Of a stretch of DNA of 64,000 bases, positions 37,422 through 51,145 are shown piece after piece. The position numbers were made by a program, and so were the translations under genes. The notes under the pieces were generated by a model. That model was not told where the DNA came from, did no database searches, and was given only the letters and a program-made list of their open reading frames with translations. The DNA is from Felis catus (lineage: Eukaryota). How positions within the stretch are numbered: the stretch's first letter is position 1; every line of letters starts with the position of its first letter. Location: NCBI RefSeq assembly GCF_018350175.1, contig NC_058368.1, positions 37,326,001-37,390,000 on the forward strand, read 5' to 3'.

Positions 37422-38739
37422 TAATTTAGGTAGATTGTTGGTCAAGTATATCAAACAAACTTAAAAAAAGAAAGAGCCTACATTGCATTTTCCCTACACA
37501 ACTCAGAGATTAATTGTGTGGCTAATAGGAAATGAGCATATTGGTTCTTTTGCTTAAAAAGCTGTATAATTGCTTTAGTAAATAAATATGCATTGACACT
37601 CTGTGTATAAAAGGACGCACATAAGATAAGTTACTATAATACAAACTTGTATTCTAAAACATTGAACATGGGAATGTGCAGTGTTTGTGACTCCTGAAAG
37701 CATTTGTCTATACTAACGAGTACTTTCTTTTTGTTTTAGAAACTTTGTGTAAATGGGTTTTACATTTCTCCTCTTTCCCCACATATTCCAAGAGGAAGGG
37801 TGGAGTGGGGTAGAACAGTCAAGGTAGGGTAGAGCAGTTCTTTTATTCTCAGAGCTTAATTAGCATCACTTTAACAGGGGTAAGTATAGCAAGGCAAAGT
37901 CATCAGAAAACCCCAGGCCTAATTTTAGCTCACACTTTCGACTTTCTCTCCTCATCCTCCAAATAAATCTTAAAAGCCATTTCCCACTCATTTAAATTTC
38001 ACGTTCTTTCTTCTCACTTCTGGTAGAGGTGATAATGAGCAGTGAAATCATCAAAAGAAAGGTAGTAGGATTGAGGAGGAGACAAAAATGAAAGGCATGG
38101 AAAATCCACAAAGTAGATCAGCTGAATCGTGAACAGTTAACTGCATGCATGCAGCTTATTGATGACACATATGCCTTACTTCCCTGAGTCAGTCCCTGGG
38201 AGATGTGAAGGAAGGTATGGGCTGTGAGAGGATAAAGTAATCATAAGCCCTATAAATTAGCACAGAAATTAGGTCAGGGGCAAAAGAAATCCATGGAAGG
38301 AGAGACACCATTGCGAATTTCATTTGAGGGCACTGATCCCCCCATCCTATATCCTGTGTTCTTCAGATGCCACTTCTTCCTTCACAAACTGAAATGTTAC
38401 ATTTGGAAAAGCTTAATGAAAATTTGTGCTCAGGTAATGTTTTTACACGGATCGACAGATCGTTTGCCTGGCTTTATAAAATCTCTTTTCATCTAATTCT
38501 TTGAATCTAAGGTAGGTTGGATGAAACCTGCATGACTGTTCTGATCTCTCTGTGTGGGGTATAAAAAAGCACCCAACTAGTACTGTAGGGTCAAGGAAAG
38601 CTTTTTTCTATGACGTAAAAAGGCAACATTTTCATGGTGGTGAAAGCTGTCATCATTAGCCTCTTCTTTTGGGATATCCTTTTAGGAAGAGGGTAGAGAT
38701 TGCTGACCTCAATTTCATTTACTGCTAACATCTACCAAT

Positions 38740-38910
38740 TACTGAGCACGTAACTTTTGCCAGGTGCATGGTGAACCATAGCTCTAATCTTCACAAGGAC
38801 GCTGCAAGTTAATGATGACCCCATTTTAAAGATAAAGAATCTGAGACTTTCAGAGGGCAAGGGGGTTGCTCCAGGTCACACAGCTGGGAAGTGGCCAAGT
38901 TAGGATTGAA
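38740..38910 (-). mobile_element. MIR
   Basis: cccattttaaagataaagaatctgagac...ttgctccaggtcacacagct core. Confidence 0.7.
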
Positions 38911-39747
38911 CAAGAAATATTTGAGGTAGTTTATTTTAATGTTGGTGAATCTTCGCCCTACATATTCACTGAAATAAGCACATATATTGAGTATTGAATA
39001 TGTGCACATTATAAACAATGCAAAGAATGCGACAGCAACAGAATCATTTAAAAACTACCAAGCTTGTAGAAAAATTAAATAATAATTGACAAAAGGTAAA
39101 TGTCATATTTATGAAATAACAAATATTTTTTTCTTTTTTGGATTATCAAGAAAAGGAAGGAGATTTTATAAATTAATTTTCGTTAATGGTTTGGAATTAT
39201 ATGCCAATAAGACATCAGTTGGTGAAAGTAATATGCTTCTTGATAATGAAATCATAAATATCCCAAAGGCCATCTAATTCTTCATTATAGATAATGTTCA
39301 AATCTGGTCAAGTAGATATCAACTTTATTTAAAACACATTAATAATTATAGGTTTTTTTTCCCTCCCTATGGATAAATTCTTAACTAGATTTTAGTGAAA
39401 CGGCACTAATAATAACTAGCTATTAAAGACAAAGTTGTATTACTAACTTTATTTAGATATTTGTATGTTCCTTTAGGATTTAAAATAAGTCAGACAAATG
39501 TAGATGGGTGACTATTACTAGATTAATGTTTCTCATTACCCAGAATTTAGATTTTGTGTGATATAACACTCATAGACAAAGGAGAAAAGAAAGCTATAAA
39601 GAAAAAAAAAAAGGATTGATTTATGTGGGAAGCAAACTTTTTGTATGGTATTTTTCTCTAAATGGAAAGGATTAAAAATTCCTTGAATGTGCCATAAGCA
39701 CGACATATATTCTCTATAAAAGGGATTTTTTTTTAATTCTAAATGTG

Positions 39748-39965
39748 GGGGCGCCTGGGTGGCGCAGTCGGTTGAGCGTCCGACTTCAGCCAGGTCACGA
39801 TCTCGCGGTCCGTGAGTTCGAGCCCCGCGTCAGGCTCTGGGCTGATGGCTCGGAGCCTGGAGCCTGTTTCCGATTCTGTGTCTCCCTCTCTCTCTGCCCC
39901 TCGCCTGTTCATGCTCTGTCTCTCTCTGTCCCAAAAATAAATAAACGTTGAAAAAAAAATTATTA
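39748..39965 (+). mobile_element. Very young felid Can-SINE
   Basis: CpGs retained; perfect TSD aattctaaatgtg at 39735 and 39966. Confidence 0.96.
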
Positions 39966-40279
39966 AATTCTAAATGTGGAAATATATGGCATGCTTTCTT
40001 GAAACAACAACCAAAAAAATCCCCACTTCCATAGTCCAGTACATTTTAAAGAAGATCTAAACCTACTAAAGTCCTGTCAGAGCTTGTTAAACTATTAAGT
40101 AATGACCATAAAAGGCATTTTCCACACAGCATATACTAGGCATAAAGCTGAGAAATCTAAGATATCCTTGCTAGCTGCAAGTGTGAATATTTTAGCATTT
40201 TTGTGGTATTTCTGGATCAAAATTGATTCCAGGTGCCATCTCCACATATCCATATATATGTAAGATAAGCTCTTTAAAA

Positions 40280-40484
40280 ACTTTTTTTAAGTTTATTTAT
40301 TTATTTTGAGAGAGACGGAGACCACATGAGTGGGGGAGGAGTAGATAGAGAGGAAGAGAGAGAGAAAATCTCAAGGAGGCTCTGCACCGTCAATGTTGAG
40401 CCCCACATGCAGCTCGAACTCACAGAAACTGTGAGATCATGACCTGAAACTGAAAGTTTAACCAACTGAGCCACCCAGGCACCC
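40280..40484 (-). mobile_element. Can-SINE
   Basis: Head gagccacccaggcaccc; TSD gtaaga(t/g)aagctcttt. Confidence 0.9.
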
Positions 40485-41545
40485 TGTAAGAGAAGCTCTT
40501 TAGGCTAGACGGATCCTTTGAATCTGCATCATTGCCAATGGCTCTCTGAAGTTACCCCACAGCCTATAGTTTACCTCCTTCATACCGTAATCAAACCAGC
40601 AGTGACCTTTTGGGGGGGGGGGTAAAAGGATAAGTTTTCACTTCTACTTACTGTTAATAAAAAAATATTAGAAGTCTTGAGTCACCTTTATATTTTTCCC
40701 TTCAACAGATTTTGGCAAGTAGACAGCATATTCCTTAGACTTTATTAGAGGCTAAAGAATGGCAGATACAACATAAAAGGTGCTAGACTCTTTATTGTTG
40801 TTGCTTTTGCATATTTATAGCCCACTTTCCTTGACTTTGCATGTTCATAGTCTACTTTTCCTGAATGTCTGATGCTACACTTAAGTATGTTTTATATCCA
40901 CTACCTATGACCTTTATTGATTTGGTTGGATTTCCTCTTCTCACTTTGTAGCTATAGGTTTCTCCAAATATTCTGTTTTCTGGTCACTCACTGGGGAGCC
41001 CTCTCATTACAATTCTAGTCATCTCTTTCTATATTTAGGCTTCCCAATGCCATTTCTAAAGTCCCCAAATTCTACACATCCAAAAATTTTCCTGTCACTA
41101 GAAGTCATCTATGGTTGAAAATGTCTTTCTCCTAGGTGACACCAAAGTCCCTCCTTAAGGATACTTGCTCCTTCTTCAAAATGGCCTGTTCTCAGTCAAA
41201 TAACCTAACCTATGACAGTGCTTCTGGCATAGAGCTTAAAAACATACTAATTACTGAAGGGTAGTTCATAAATATTGTGAAACCAATAGCTGCTATTGCC
41301 ATTTGTTGAGGGAAGGCAGAACTGAGGTGCATGGTTTTGTTTGCACCATATTGATACATAAATAACTGACTGTTCCTAGAAAATAGCACATACAGAAGTT
41401 TGAAGAAATCACATAGCAGTACAGAGCACTGTTGCCTGAGAAAAGTCAGCAACCTACCTCACAAGAGGCTCCAGAGAGTTGAATTAGAGTAGTAAGAAAA
41501 TAATAACAGCCACAGAGCTTTGAACATTCACTGGACTAAGATACA

Positions 41546-41876
41546 CAGTTGACCCTTGATCAACACAGGGGTTAAGGGGCTGACCATCCATGCAGTCAAA
41601 AAGCCACACATAACATTTGACTCTCCCCGAACTTAACTACTAATGGCCTTACCGATAAGCATAACAAGTCAATTCACACATATTTTGTGTATGTATCGTA
41701 TACTATATCCTTACAATAAAGTAAGCTGGAGAAAATAAAATGTTATTAAGAAAATCATAAGGAAGAGAAAATACATTTACACCACTGTCCTGTATTTATT
41801 GAAAAACAAACAAACAAACAAACCTGCATGTAAGTGGACCTCTGCATATCAAACCCATGTTGTTCAGGGATCATTG
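41546..41876. mobile_element. Tigger2-derived MITE (MER8/Tigger2a-like)
   Basis: Terminal inverted repeats cagttgacccttgatcaacac ... atgttgttcagggatcattg followed by TA. Confidence 0.8.
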
Positions 41877-42089
41877 TATATGCATATATGCATATTCACA
41901 CATATAGATTTGTGTGTATCTTACATCTATATGTCATACATGTCTATATGTGTGTGTGTGTGTGTGTCATACATAAATTCTCACAATAGCCCTATCAGTA
42001 GGAATTACTGTTTCCAATTTAAGAATGGGGACATTCCAGTTTAAAGCATTATGTACATTATCCAAGATCACACAGCCACACTGAAAGAA

Positions 42090-42200
42090 TTTTTTTTTCT
42101 TTAAATTTTAAGTCATCTCTGCACCCAACAAGGAGCTCAGAACTTAAAACCCTGAGGTCAAAAATTGCATGCTCTACTGACTGACCCAGCCAGGCGCCCC
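42090..42200 (-). mobile_element. Short Can-SINE (SINEC_c/old type)
   Basis: ctactgactgacccagccaggcgcccc head; cacacagcca on both flanks. Confidence 0.8.
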
Positions 42201-43019
42201 CACACAGCCATATTTAAAACCTTCCAAGCATTACCTTAATTCAAACACTATATATTACTGAGCTATATAGCACAAACTGAAAATTCTAATTTGGGGAAGG
42301 AGGGGAGACTACATTTTAAAATCTCAAGCTTAACTCATATTGACCTAACCTGACTGTATGTCCCAGTTTCTTAAGTCTGTTTTAGCCTGTTGTCCCAGGG
42401 CATACCCTCTTTCACTCTTAAAATACTGTGGTTGAGATAATGAAATATAAGACCAACTTAAGTGAACTGTATTTACAAGATTGGTGCAGAAGCTCAATGT
42501 GCAATGAAAACATAACTGTTACAAAGGCTTTCATACTTCTGTGGCATGGTCAGTGCATTCTTTTCTGAAGACAGATCTAAGTGGGAAGCAAAAGAACGAG
42601 GAGGGTCAAACTGTAAAGTGAATCAAATGTTTATTCATAGCGGACTAAGCTTTGGACTTTGCAGCCAATGGAAATGGGATCCTTAAAGCCATTTGGCTTC
42701 AGTTCCAGGTCACTGCTCAGTGCTTCCATGCACACATCCTTTAGGATGCTCCTTTTTTTTTATTTCCAAAGCTGGTTGGTCTCTGTGGTGATGAACACCT
42801 GCTTTAAAAAACAAACAAACAAACAACAAACAAAAACCCTTTCTCAGGGTCGGACAAGAAGCTGATATCTGGGAACCATTCCTTTTCATTGAAGAGCAAT
42901 TTCATGCTTCTGCTCTGATTGCGTGATCAGGGAAGAGGACGTTTTTCCTTATTGTCAAGGTGTGGAAGGGCATTCCACTGTAGCTTGTAGGTAGGGACAA
43001 GGGGACAGTCAGCATTGTG

Positions 43020-43140
43020 CCCATGAGGCTAGGCTTTGTGGTCAGACAGACCTGGCTTCAATTCCCCATTCTTCAAGTTACTGATGGTGTTCCCTTGAAT
43101 TTTACTTAGAACTTTGAAGACTCAATTTTTCCATTTGATA
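43020..43140 (+). mobile_element. MIR
   Basis: ggctttgtggtcagacagacctggcttcaattccc...ctcaatttttccatttg. Confidence 0.65.
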
Positions 43141-43159
43141 AAAAATGGTTTAAAATTTT

Positions 43160-43380
43160 CAGCACTTACCATTTGCCAGGCACTGTCATAGGAGCATTAC
43201 CTATATTAAATCATTTAATTTTTATAACAATTATATAAGCTAGATACTGTCAACTATTGTTATTTTAATATGAGGTATAACGAGGCTCAGTAACTTGCCC
43301 CAGATCATACAGCCAGGAGTGGAGGAGCTGAGATTGGAAATGAGGCAGTGTGCTTCCAGAACCTGTACTTACCGGCTCCC
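43160..43380 (-). mobile_element. MIR
   Basis: agcacttaccatttgccaggcactg...gaggctcagtaacttgccccagatcatacagc. Confidence 0.75.
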
Positions 43381-43436
43381 CTGTACTTTGTCCTACAAAA
43401 TAGGATTGAGAGTACTTACTACTAGTGCTACATATT

Positions 43437-43662
43437 AATTTATTTATTTATTTTTTCAACGTTTTTAATTTATTTTTGGGACAGAGAGAGACAGAGCATG
43501 AACGGGGGAGGGTCAGAGAGAGAGGGAGACACAGAATCGGAAACAGGCTCCAGGCTCCGAGCCATCAGCCCAGAGCCCGACGCGGGGCTCGAACTCACGG
43601 ACCGCGAGATCGTGACCTGGCTGAAGTCGGACGCTCAACCGACTGCGCCACCCAGGCGCCCC
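43437..43662 (-). mobile_element. Very young felid Can-SINE
   Basis: CpGs retained; perfect 14-bp TSD tagtgctacatatt at 43423 and 43663. Confidence 0.96.
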
Positions 43663-44754
43663 TAGTGCTACATATTTAAATAAGAGAGTGACTTTAAAGC
43701 ATGTCACAGTCATTAGCACAGAGTAAGTAAGGTTCAATAAGTGCTAGCTGTAAAAATAGTAGTTCCATTCACTTCTTCCCCTCTCCTTCCCATTCTTCAT
43801 TTTCACTCAAATTAGACCGTGGTTGTTTTTGTTTCCCATACTCCGTAATTATTGCTGTTTCCAAACCTTTTTCTTCAATTTGAAAATCCCGTGTTCTCTG
43901 CTGAGCTTTTTCGAAAACATGCTTATTCTTCACGGTTCAGGGTATGGGACGTTTCTCATTCTGCTTTTGTGGTGCCTTCACATCAGTTTTCATACCTGTG
44001 AGTTTTATTGTTAATTCGAACATTGGAATAAGTTATGATCATTTTTGCCTGTCTCCACATTTTCTTCTATATCATTTTTGGACAGAATAGAATATACTCA
44101 TGCAGGTTTGCCATGTGGATGTAAACATTTTACTAATTTCAATGTTTCATATAAATATCATCCTAATGAAGTGTCCTTTATCCACAACTTTTCGTTTATG
44201 GAAACAATTATAACAATTATATAAGCTAGATACTGTCAACTATTGTTATTTTAATATGAGGTATAATGATTATTTAGTGTGTTACTAAATATTGGATATG
44301 TGTTTAAAATGGGATGTAAAAATTTAAGGCTTTTCAGTGTGTTTCAGTAAATATATCTTGATAATTTTTTGGTAGTTTGTAATAACACTTGCAGTGTATG
44401 AGGATCGTCATTTGTCTACATTGATATCATTACCTGATAATAGATATATTTTTAATTTATTTTCTATATTATGGTTCCAAATAGCACTTATTATTGTTTT
44501 TATTGGAATAGTAATAATTTCAAAAAATGGATTTCTTTTGTGTTTTTCATTTTTGGGGGTAATTGGTGGTTTTTCTTACTGCTTTATAAAGTTCATTATA
44601 CAGTAGGGCACACAGTGCCATTTTATTTCTTTCAGATGTTTGGTAAATTTCTCATTTGTTCTGTCTTGACTTGTATTTCCCCTACTAAGTAACAAGCTGT
44701 GTATATATCATGGTTAACATGGACTGGGCAAATAGTTAATGCTCAACTAATAAT

Positions 44755-44975
44755 TAAAAAAATTGTTTTTAATGTTTATTTATTTTTGAGAGAGAGAGAG
44801 AGTCAGAGAGTGAGTGGCGAAGGGGCAGAGAGAGAGGGATACATAGAATCTGAAGCAGGCTCCAGGCTCCAAGCCATTAGCACAGAGCCCGATGCAGGGC
44901 TTGAACTCACGAACCGTGAGATCATGACTTGAGCCAAAGTCGGACGCTCAACTGACTGAGCCACCCAGGTGCCCC
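44755..44975 (-). mobile_element. Can-SINE
   Basis: Perfect 14-bp TSD gctcaactaataat at 44741 and 44976. Confidence 0.95.
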
Positions 44976-46364
44976 GCTCAACTAATAATGTTTAAATAGT
45001 TAAGGCACTAATCTCTTTGCTTTTAATTATTTATTAGATATTCTACATGTCTTCAAGTTTCATTAGCGGCACAGATAATAAATTTCTAAACACAGGAGAC
45101 TCTGCCTGTTTATACAGTACTTGCATAGCACTATTTATTTAATTTTAACGACTATAATAATATGTGTTAACATTAAGGTACTTGGACTATAATACGTATC
45201 AAGGTAGTACTCTACTGTGAACATACACAGTATAATTAACATTCCAGAGTTAAAGTATAATGTGGCTAACTTTGTTTATTGAAGAAATATGAAATTCTTT
45301 CTTTTCAAATTCAATATAGGAAATGTTGTGTTCTCATTTTCGTCTCTGCTGGATGGACCTCCTAGCATCCAGAGACAGTTGGTCCCATGAGATCTTCTAA
45401 TCCACTTGTTCCTTTTCTTGGCCAATAATTTCTTCCCTAGAGTTCAGCAAAATGACAATCATGTAAAGATACTTTGCTCCTCCAGGGAAAATGTTTCCTT
45501 TTTTCTTTGCTTTGATAAACTGTTCTTTTCATTTTTAGCTCCAGTTTAAAACATGAGGGAGAGCAATAAGTGAACAACTGAATGAAAATGAGAACAGAGT
45601 TGCTTCTCCAATAGAGTAAATGCCTTTGGGTGAGGAGTGACTCCCTTTTACTCTTCCCGTGGTCTCTGGTATATTTTTCTTATCTGCAAAGTACAGGAAA
45701 TAAGACCTTTCTCTGATGTCATGTGGATTAACTAAAAGTGTGTCGGTAAAGAGCTTACATTTCTGAAGAAAAAAAAAAACGTTCTTTTTTCACTCTTGGG
45801 GTTCAAGTGGTCTTCAGTCCCAAATCTTGATAAAGCTGTAGCCAGAGCATTACAGAAGAATCCTGCAGTAATCTTTGTACTGCAGTGTCTATTACTCTTC
45901 ACCATTGTCTCTCTCTCCCCTCTCCCCACTTCTCCCTTTTATCCAGTTTCTCTTTCCTTCTGTATAATAGAAAAAATATGTTGTTTCTAAAAATCAAAGG
46001 TAGTAAGTAAGTCAGTTACTGGGATATTTCTGTCAACATACAGATATTTCACTTCACAAAAATATTATATGTCCTAGTAGAGCTACTTTATATTAAAGCA
46101 GAATTTGAGACTTTGATTTTTAATTTGAGATGATAGGCATTGCAGAAATGTGAACCCGTTGCTGGCTAAATCTGGACTTAATGACAGATAATATATTCTA
46201 TACTTGAAAATCTATTCAGTAAGGGTGTATAAAAGTACTGCTATTAATAGGAATTACAAAACTACATTGATCTTGTGCTTCAGTAAGTCTAGCTGACAAC
46301 CATAAAAATAATTAGATGCTGTTATTATGCCAGTTAGAGATGAGGAAACTGAGGCACGGTGAGT

Positions 46365-46544
46365 ATATTAGCCATATTAGGCAAGGTTATGCTACACTAA
46401 CAAATTAATTCCAAACTCTTAGCAGCTTAACACAACCATAGTTTATTTCTTGCTTATATTACATGTCCACTGTTGGTCTCCTTGTACTGTCAATCAGGAT
46501 CAGGTTGAAGGAGTTTCCTTTTATTGTGACCCTTTCATCCCATT

Positions 46545-46616
<72 letters not shown>

Positions 46617-47030
46617 TTAATGTTTATTTATTTCTGACAGAGAGAGAGAGAGAGAGAGAGAGAGCACGTGGGTGGGGAGGAGCAGAGACAGGGACAGAGA
46701 GAATCCCAAGCAGGCTCTTTCCACGCTCAGTGCAGAGCCTGACCCAGGGCTGGATCTCATGAACCAAGAGATCATGACCTGAGTGGAATCAAGAGTCCAT
46801 TGCTTAACTGACTAAGCCACCCAGGTGCCCTGGTTCATCCCATTTCTTAACTTTCGGGGACACTACATTGGGAAGGAGAAAACATGGAGATCTCATACTG
46901 ATTTCTACCTCATTATGCACATATCTTTTCCACTCATAGCTCAGTAGCCAGAACTCATCACATCTCTTGCTTGTTTGTAAGAAATAGAGAAATATAGTGC
47001 TCCCTTGTGCTTAGGAAGGAAAGGAGAATC
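46365..47030. mobile_element. Ancient MaLR LTR (MLT1K/L-like), split by a SINE
   Basis: ggttatgctacactaacaaa...gcagcttaacacaac...gtttatttcttgct and ctcagtagccagaactcatcacat motifs. Confidence 0.55.
46549..46831 (-). mobile_element. Can-SINE with (TTTC)n tail expansion (46543-46615)
   Basis: TSD ttcatcccatttctt at 46534 and 46834. Confidence 0.92.
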
Positions 47031-47310
47031 AGATTTAAGCCCTCAGAATAATTTCAACAGATAGTTTAGGTAGCTTGTCCAAGGTCCAATAACTGGTAAA
47101 CAGTGAAACTGCGATTAAAATCGAGAAACACTGGCTCCAGACCCTGTACTCTTAACAGCTTCACTATTGTCAATATCTGATAATGCCTGATGTCATTTTA
47201 TGACCTCTGTCTTGCTCCAAGTTATACTCTTCTTGACTGATTTTGTAATCATTTATTTCAAATATCCATTGATTTAAAGAACAAAATAGTGGCTTCTTAA
47301 AAATACATAG

Positions 47311-47505
47311 AGTGGCTCAGTCTTTTAAGCATCTGATTCTTGGTTTCTGCTCAGGTTGTGATCTCACGGTTTGTGAATAGGGCTCAAACTCACTGATGGT
47401 GTGGAGCCTGTTTGGGATACTCTCTTTCCCTTTCTCTCTGCCCCTCGCCCCCCTTGTGGTTTATCTCTCTTTCTCTCTCTCTCACTAAAAAAATAAATAA
47501 ATAAA
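47311..47505 (+). mobile_element. Can-SINE
   Basis: gtggctcagtc head, (CT)n, aataaataaa tail; TSD cttaaaaat(a/t)cataga. Confidence 0.88.
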
Positions 47506-49194
47506 CTTAAAAATTCATAGATTTACTCTTATCTAATATACATCCACAGGTGAGTACAACTATTGAGCATGTTCTTAAATATTATATATATATATATGTA
47601 TATATATATATGTAAATCTTATGTATAAGTATCATACCTATAAGTAGCATATAAATATACATGATATTTCCAACAAACAACAATAACTGAGATTGTTCCA
47701 AGGTCTGTGTGGTTTACCTGATATTTTAAAAAAGTGTACCTTAATTGCTCATTCTCTTCAGACTCTTAAATATCACACTCTGTTACTTTATACGGTTACT
47801 AGTCAAGAAGGAGGACAAAGCATTCAGGACAATCGACTCATATCCCAGGGCTATCGAAATTCTTTTTTCTCAGTCTACAAAGAAAACAATATTTTAGTAA
47901 GTAGAAACATGGGCAAACTCTGCCTAATGTCCTAAGTAAACAACAGGTTAATTTCAGATTTCCTATATTATAATTTACATCCACTCTGCAAAAGCTATAA
48001 ATGATAAAATTTGATTTTCCTACCCATTACTCTATTTCCTTTAGCCTAGTCAAGGAAAACAAAACTTAACCGCACATTAGATTTCAGGATACCTTCTTGT
48101 TATTGCCTGCTCAACAGTAAATAATATGAGGATCATAAAGTCTTGAAGAAGATGCTGAATTTCTTGTGGGAATGGGAAAAAAAAAAGCTCCCTGGTGTGT
48201 TAAGCTCATTCTGAAGAGTGCTTACTGGGGAAAGAAAGACATTTTATTGCCAAAGGAATTTAGGTGTACATAAGGTTACAAATTTGTATGGGTCTGCTAG
48301 AAAGAGTACATGTAATAATGAAATAAAGAATTTAGGATATCAAAGGTCCTGATTTTTTGTGCCTAGGGATTTGTGTCTTTCTTTTGATTTGGGTTCAATT
48401 TTAACTACTTTTAATCAGTTATTTTGTTACTGTGTAAGAAAAACATTGAAATCATTGACAACAGTATAAAACCTTAAATGAAGAATTTAATAAAAACCCG
48501 TTTAATAATACAAAATGGAATAAACGTAGGTAAATTCAGACTTGGTTGTCTTGCATAATTTGAAAAATTAGAATTATCTGGTATATTTTTACACATTTAG
48601 CTTAAGAAGATGCCTTAGGGCCCAATCCACATTATAAAGTTCTCACTTTATAGATGGGGAAACTAGGCTCAGAAATGTGTAGGTGATGCCACTAATGGCA
48701 AGGTAAACATGTGAATTCCATTTATAGTTACCTTCTAATGATACATATCTCTCTTTTATCTTTCACTGAGTTACAGTTCTGAAAATTTTTCAGTTGTGGA
48801 TGTTATGATCTGTTATAATTATAGATGAAGATGCCTACTACAAATTCCTTAGATTTCATAGAATAAGCAACAACAGCATTGAGGCAACGCAGAAGTGACC
48901 ATGTAATGAATTAGGCACCTATTAACCTGACATCGTAGTGAATTTAGTTGTGACTTTAGAAGGCTCACTGGTTTCTTGTCTTCTTATTTCATGTAAGGAT
49001 ATTACATATTACATATTCTTTCTTATTTCACATCTTCTTTCAATACCACTTTAGTCATCTCAAAGAAGAAATCCTATTTTCTTATAGAGTCTATGAGATT
49101 ATGATATGAATAGTTACAGAAAATAAAACTTTTTATTGTGTATATAGTGTAATGAGAAGCTTTTACTTTTTTTTTGTATTGAAGCAATTTCTAA

Positions 49195-49400
49195 ATTTTT
49201 TTATTTATTTAAGTTTATTTATTTTTGAGAGACGGAGAGTGCGCAGCAGGAGAGGGGCACAGAGAAAGAGGGAGAAAGAGAGAATCTCAAGCAGATTCAG
49301 CACGGTTAGCACTGTCAGCACTCGAACCACAAACTGTGAAATCATGACCTGACCCAAAATCAAAAGTCAAATGCCCAACCGACTGAGCCATCCAGGTGCC
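49195..49400 (-). mobile_element. Can-SINE
   Basis: gactgagccatccaggtgccc head and T-rich tail. Confidence 0.9.
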
Positions 49401-50929
49401 CTGGAAACTCACCCTGCGTAGCAAGAAGCAATAAGCAGAAAATATTAGTTCTTATTTTAATCAAAGGGCCAACAAAGAAATAGAATTAGCTTCATTAGTA
49501 ATCAGGGAAGTTAAAATTAAGACTTTATTGAGATGGCATGCTTATATTTGCTAAATTGGTGACATTTAAGAAGTCTGACTAAACCAAGTGTAGGTGAACA
49601 TGACAATCAGTAGGAATACTCACATACTCCTGGTCTGTTGGTAGAGCAACCCCCCACCTCCCTTAGGAAACAATTTAGCACTGTTTAAGGATACTTATAG
49701 ATGTAAAAGAACTGTAGTTTTTTGTTTTTTGTTTTCTTAAGAAAGAAATTATGAGTATACAACTCAGACGAGTAGCTGTATCTGAGAACAAGACGGGGGA
49801 TGGCATGGAAAAGAAACAAAGATTCAAGAATTGTGGGTTTTGGTCTAGTTCTTAAGTTGGGTGGTGGGTTAATTTATTGTCTTTAGTCAGAATTTATTTA
49901 TATGTGATGTATTATTTTGTTTATATCAAGTATTATGCAATGTAAGCATTAACTAGTAATTATAGCAAATATGTACTTTTATAAACTGAATCTCAATGTT
50001 TTACTAAAATTATTTTTGGGAACTATAAGAAACATTATATAACAGTGAGCCTTTCCCCCAAGGGAAAAAATTGTTACCAGGGTATAAATTAGTATTCAAT
50101 GAATTGGTATCAAAGAACTTCAAGATCTAGTTGTATACCAAAGTGAATAATATTTAGACTTCTGGAAGCAGAGGGACATGAAATGATTATAATATTCTAT
50201 CACACGAAGAGCACTTGCAAAGTGTAATGGAAGCAGATAAAAGAAATCCCCGATGATTCCTAGGGAATCAATGGCATTTAAAGTTAAAAATATTACAAAA
50301 GGAAAATCATTACAAAAAAGAAAAAGAAAGAGCAAGCAGCATGGTCACAGATGCTCAGGAATACTTAAGCAAAACATTTTGGGAAGATCAAGTTGCCCAG
50401 TGAGTGTGACATTTTGAGGCCATGAAGTAGAGTTTTAGGGGTATGTTAACAGAGAAGAGAAGAAAATCAGGATATGAGGAGTGTGCCCTCCATATTAATA
50501 CAGTCGGGTGGTAATTGGTAAGGAATTGAAAAATTTCTGGATGACTATGATTTATTTCTTTGCTAACATGGACCATATTTAATGGGAAAGGTGACAATCT
50601 ATTACACTTGTTAGGTTTCATCTTCCTTATTTGATAAAGAATGATAAGCAAGAGTACTTGGACGTGCAGGCCAATTTCTGGGGAAAGGTGAGACTTGGAG
50701 ATGTTAATTATATTTTAAAAACATCAGCTTAGAAGTCACAGGTGAACCAGGGACTCAATACAAACATGTAGGGATAATGGTGAGGGAAATGAGAGAATGA
50801 GTCAAAGGCAGAAATCTGGATTGTCATAATCAAGAGGCTGCCATAAGAGGCTGAGAAAGAGAAATCGGATTGGGAAGGCTGACAAAAGAGGTAATCATGT
50901 CAGTAGGGAATAAAGGATACTCCTAATAG

Positions 50930-51145
50930 AGCGCTTAGGTGTTAGACACTTTACTGAGACCTTCACACTCTTCATTTCATGTCGTCCTCCCCATAGGCTC
51001 TGAAGTAATATGTTATGTTCCTAATTTTAAAAATGAGTTGAATGAAGCAGAGAACAGTTAAATTTGCTTAATGCCACACATATCTAGTAACCGTGAGAGA
51101 TGAAGTTCAAACTCTGTTCTGTCTGACCGCGGCTCTCACTCTTAA
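50930..51145 (-). mobile_element. MIR (within L2-like purine-rich sequence ~50650-51780)
   Basis: ctaattttaaaaatgag...gaagcagagaacagttaaatttgcttaatgccacac core. Confidence 0.6.
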
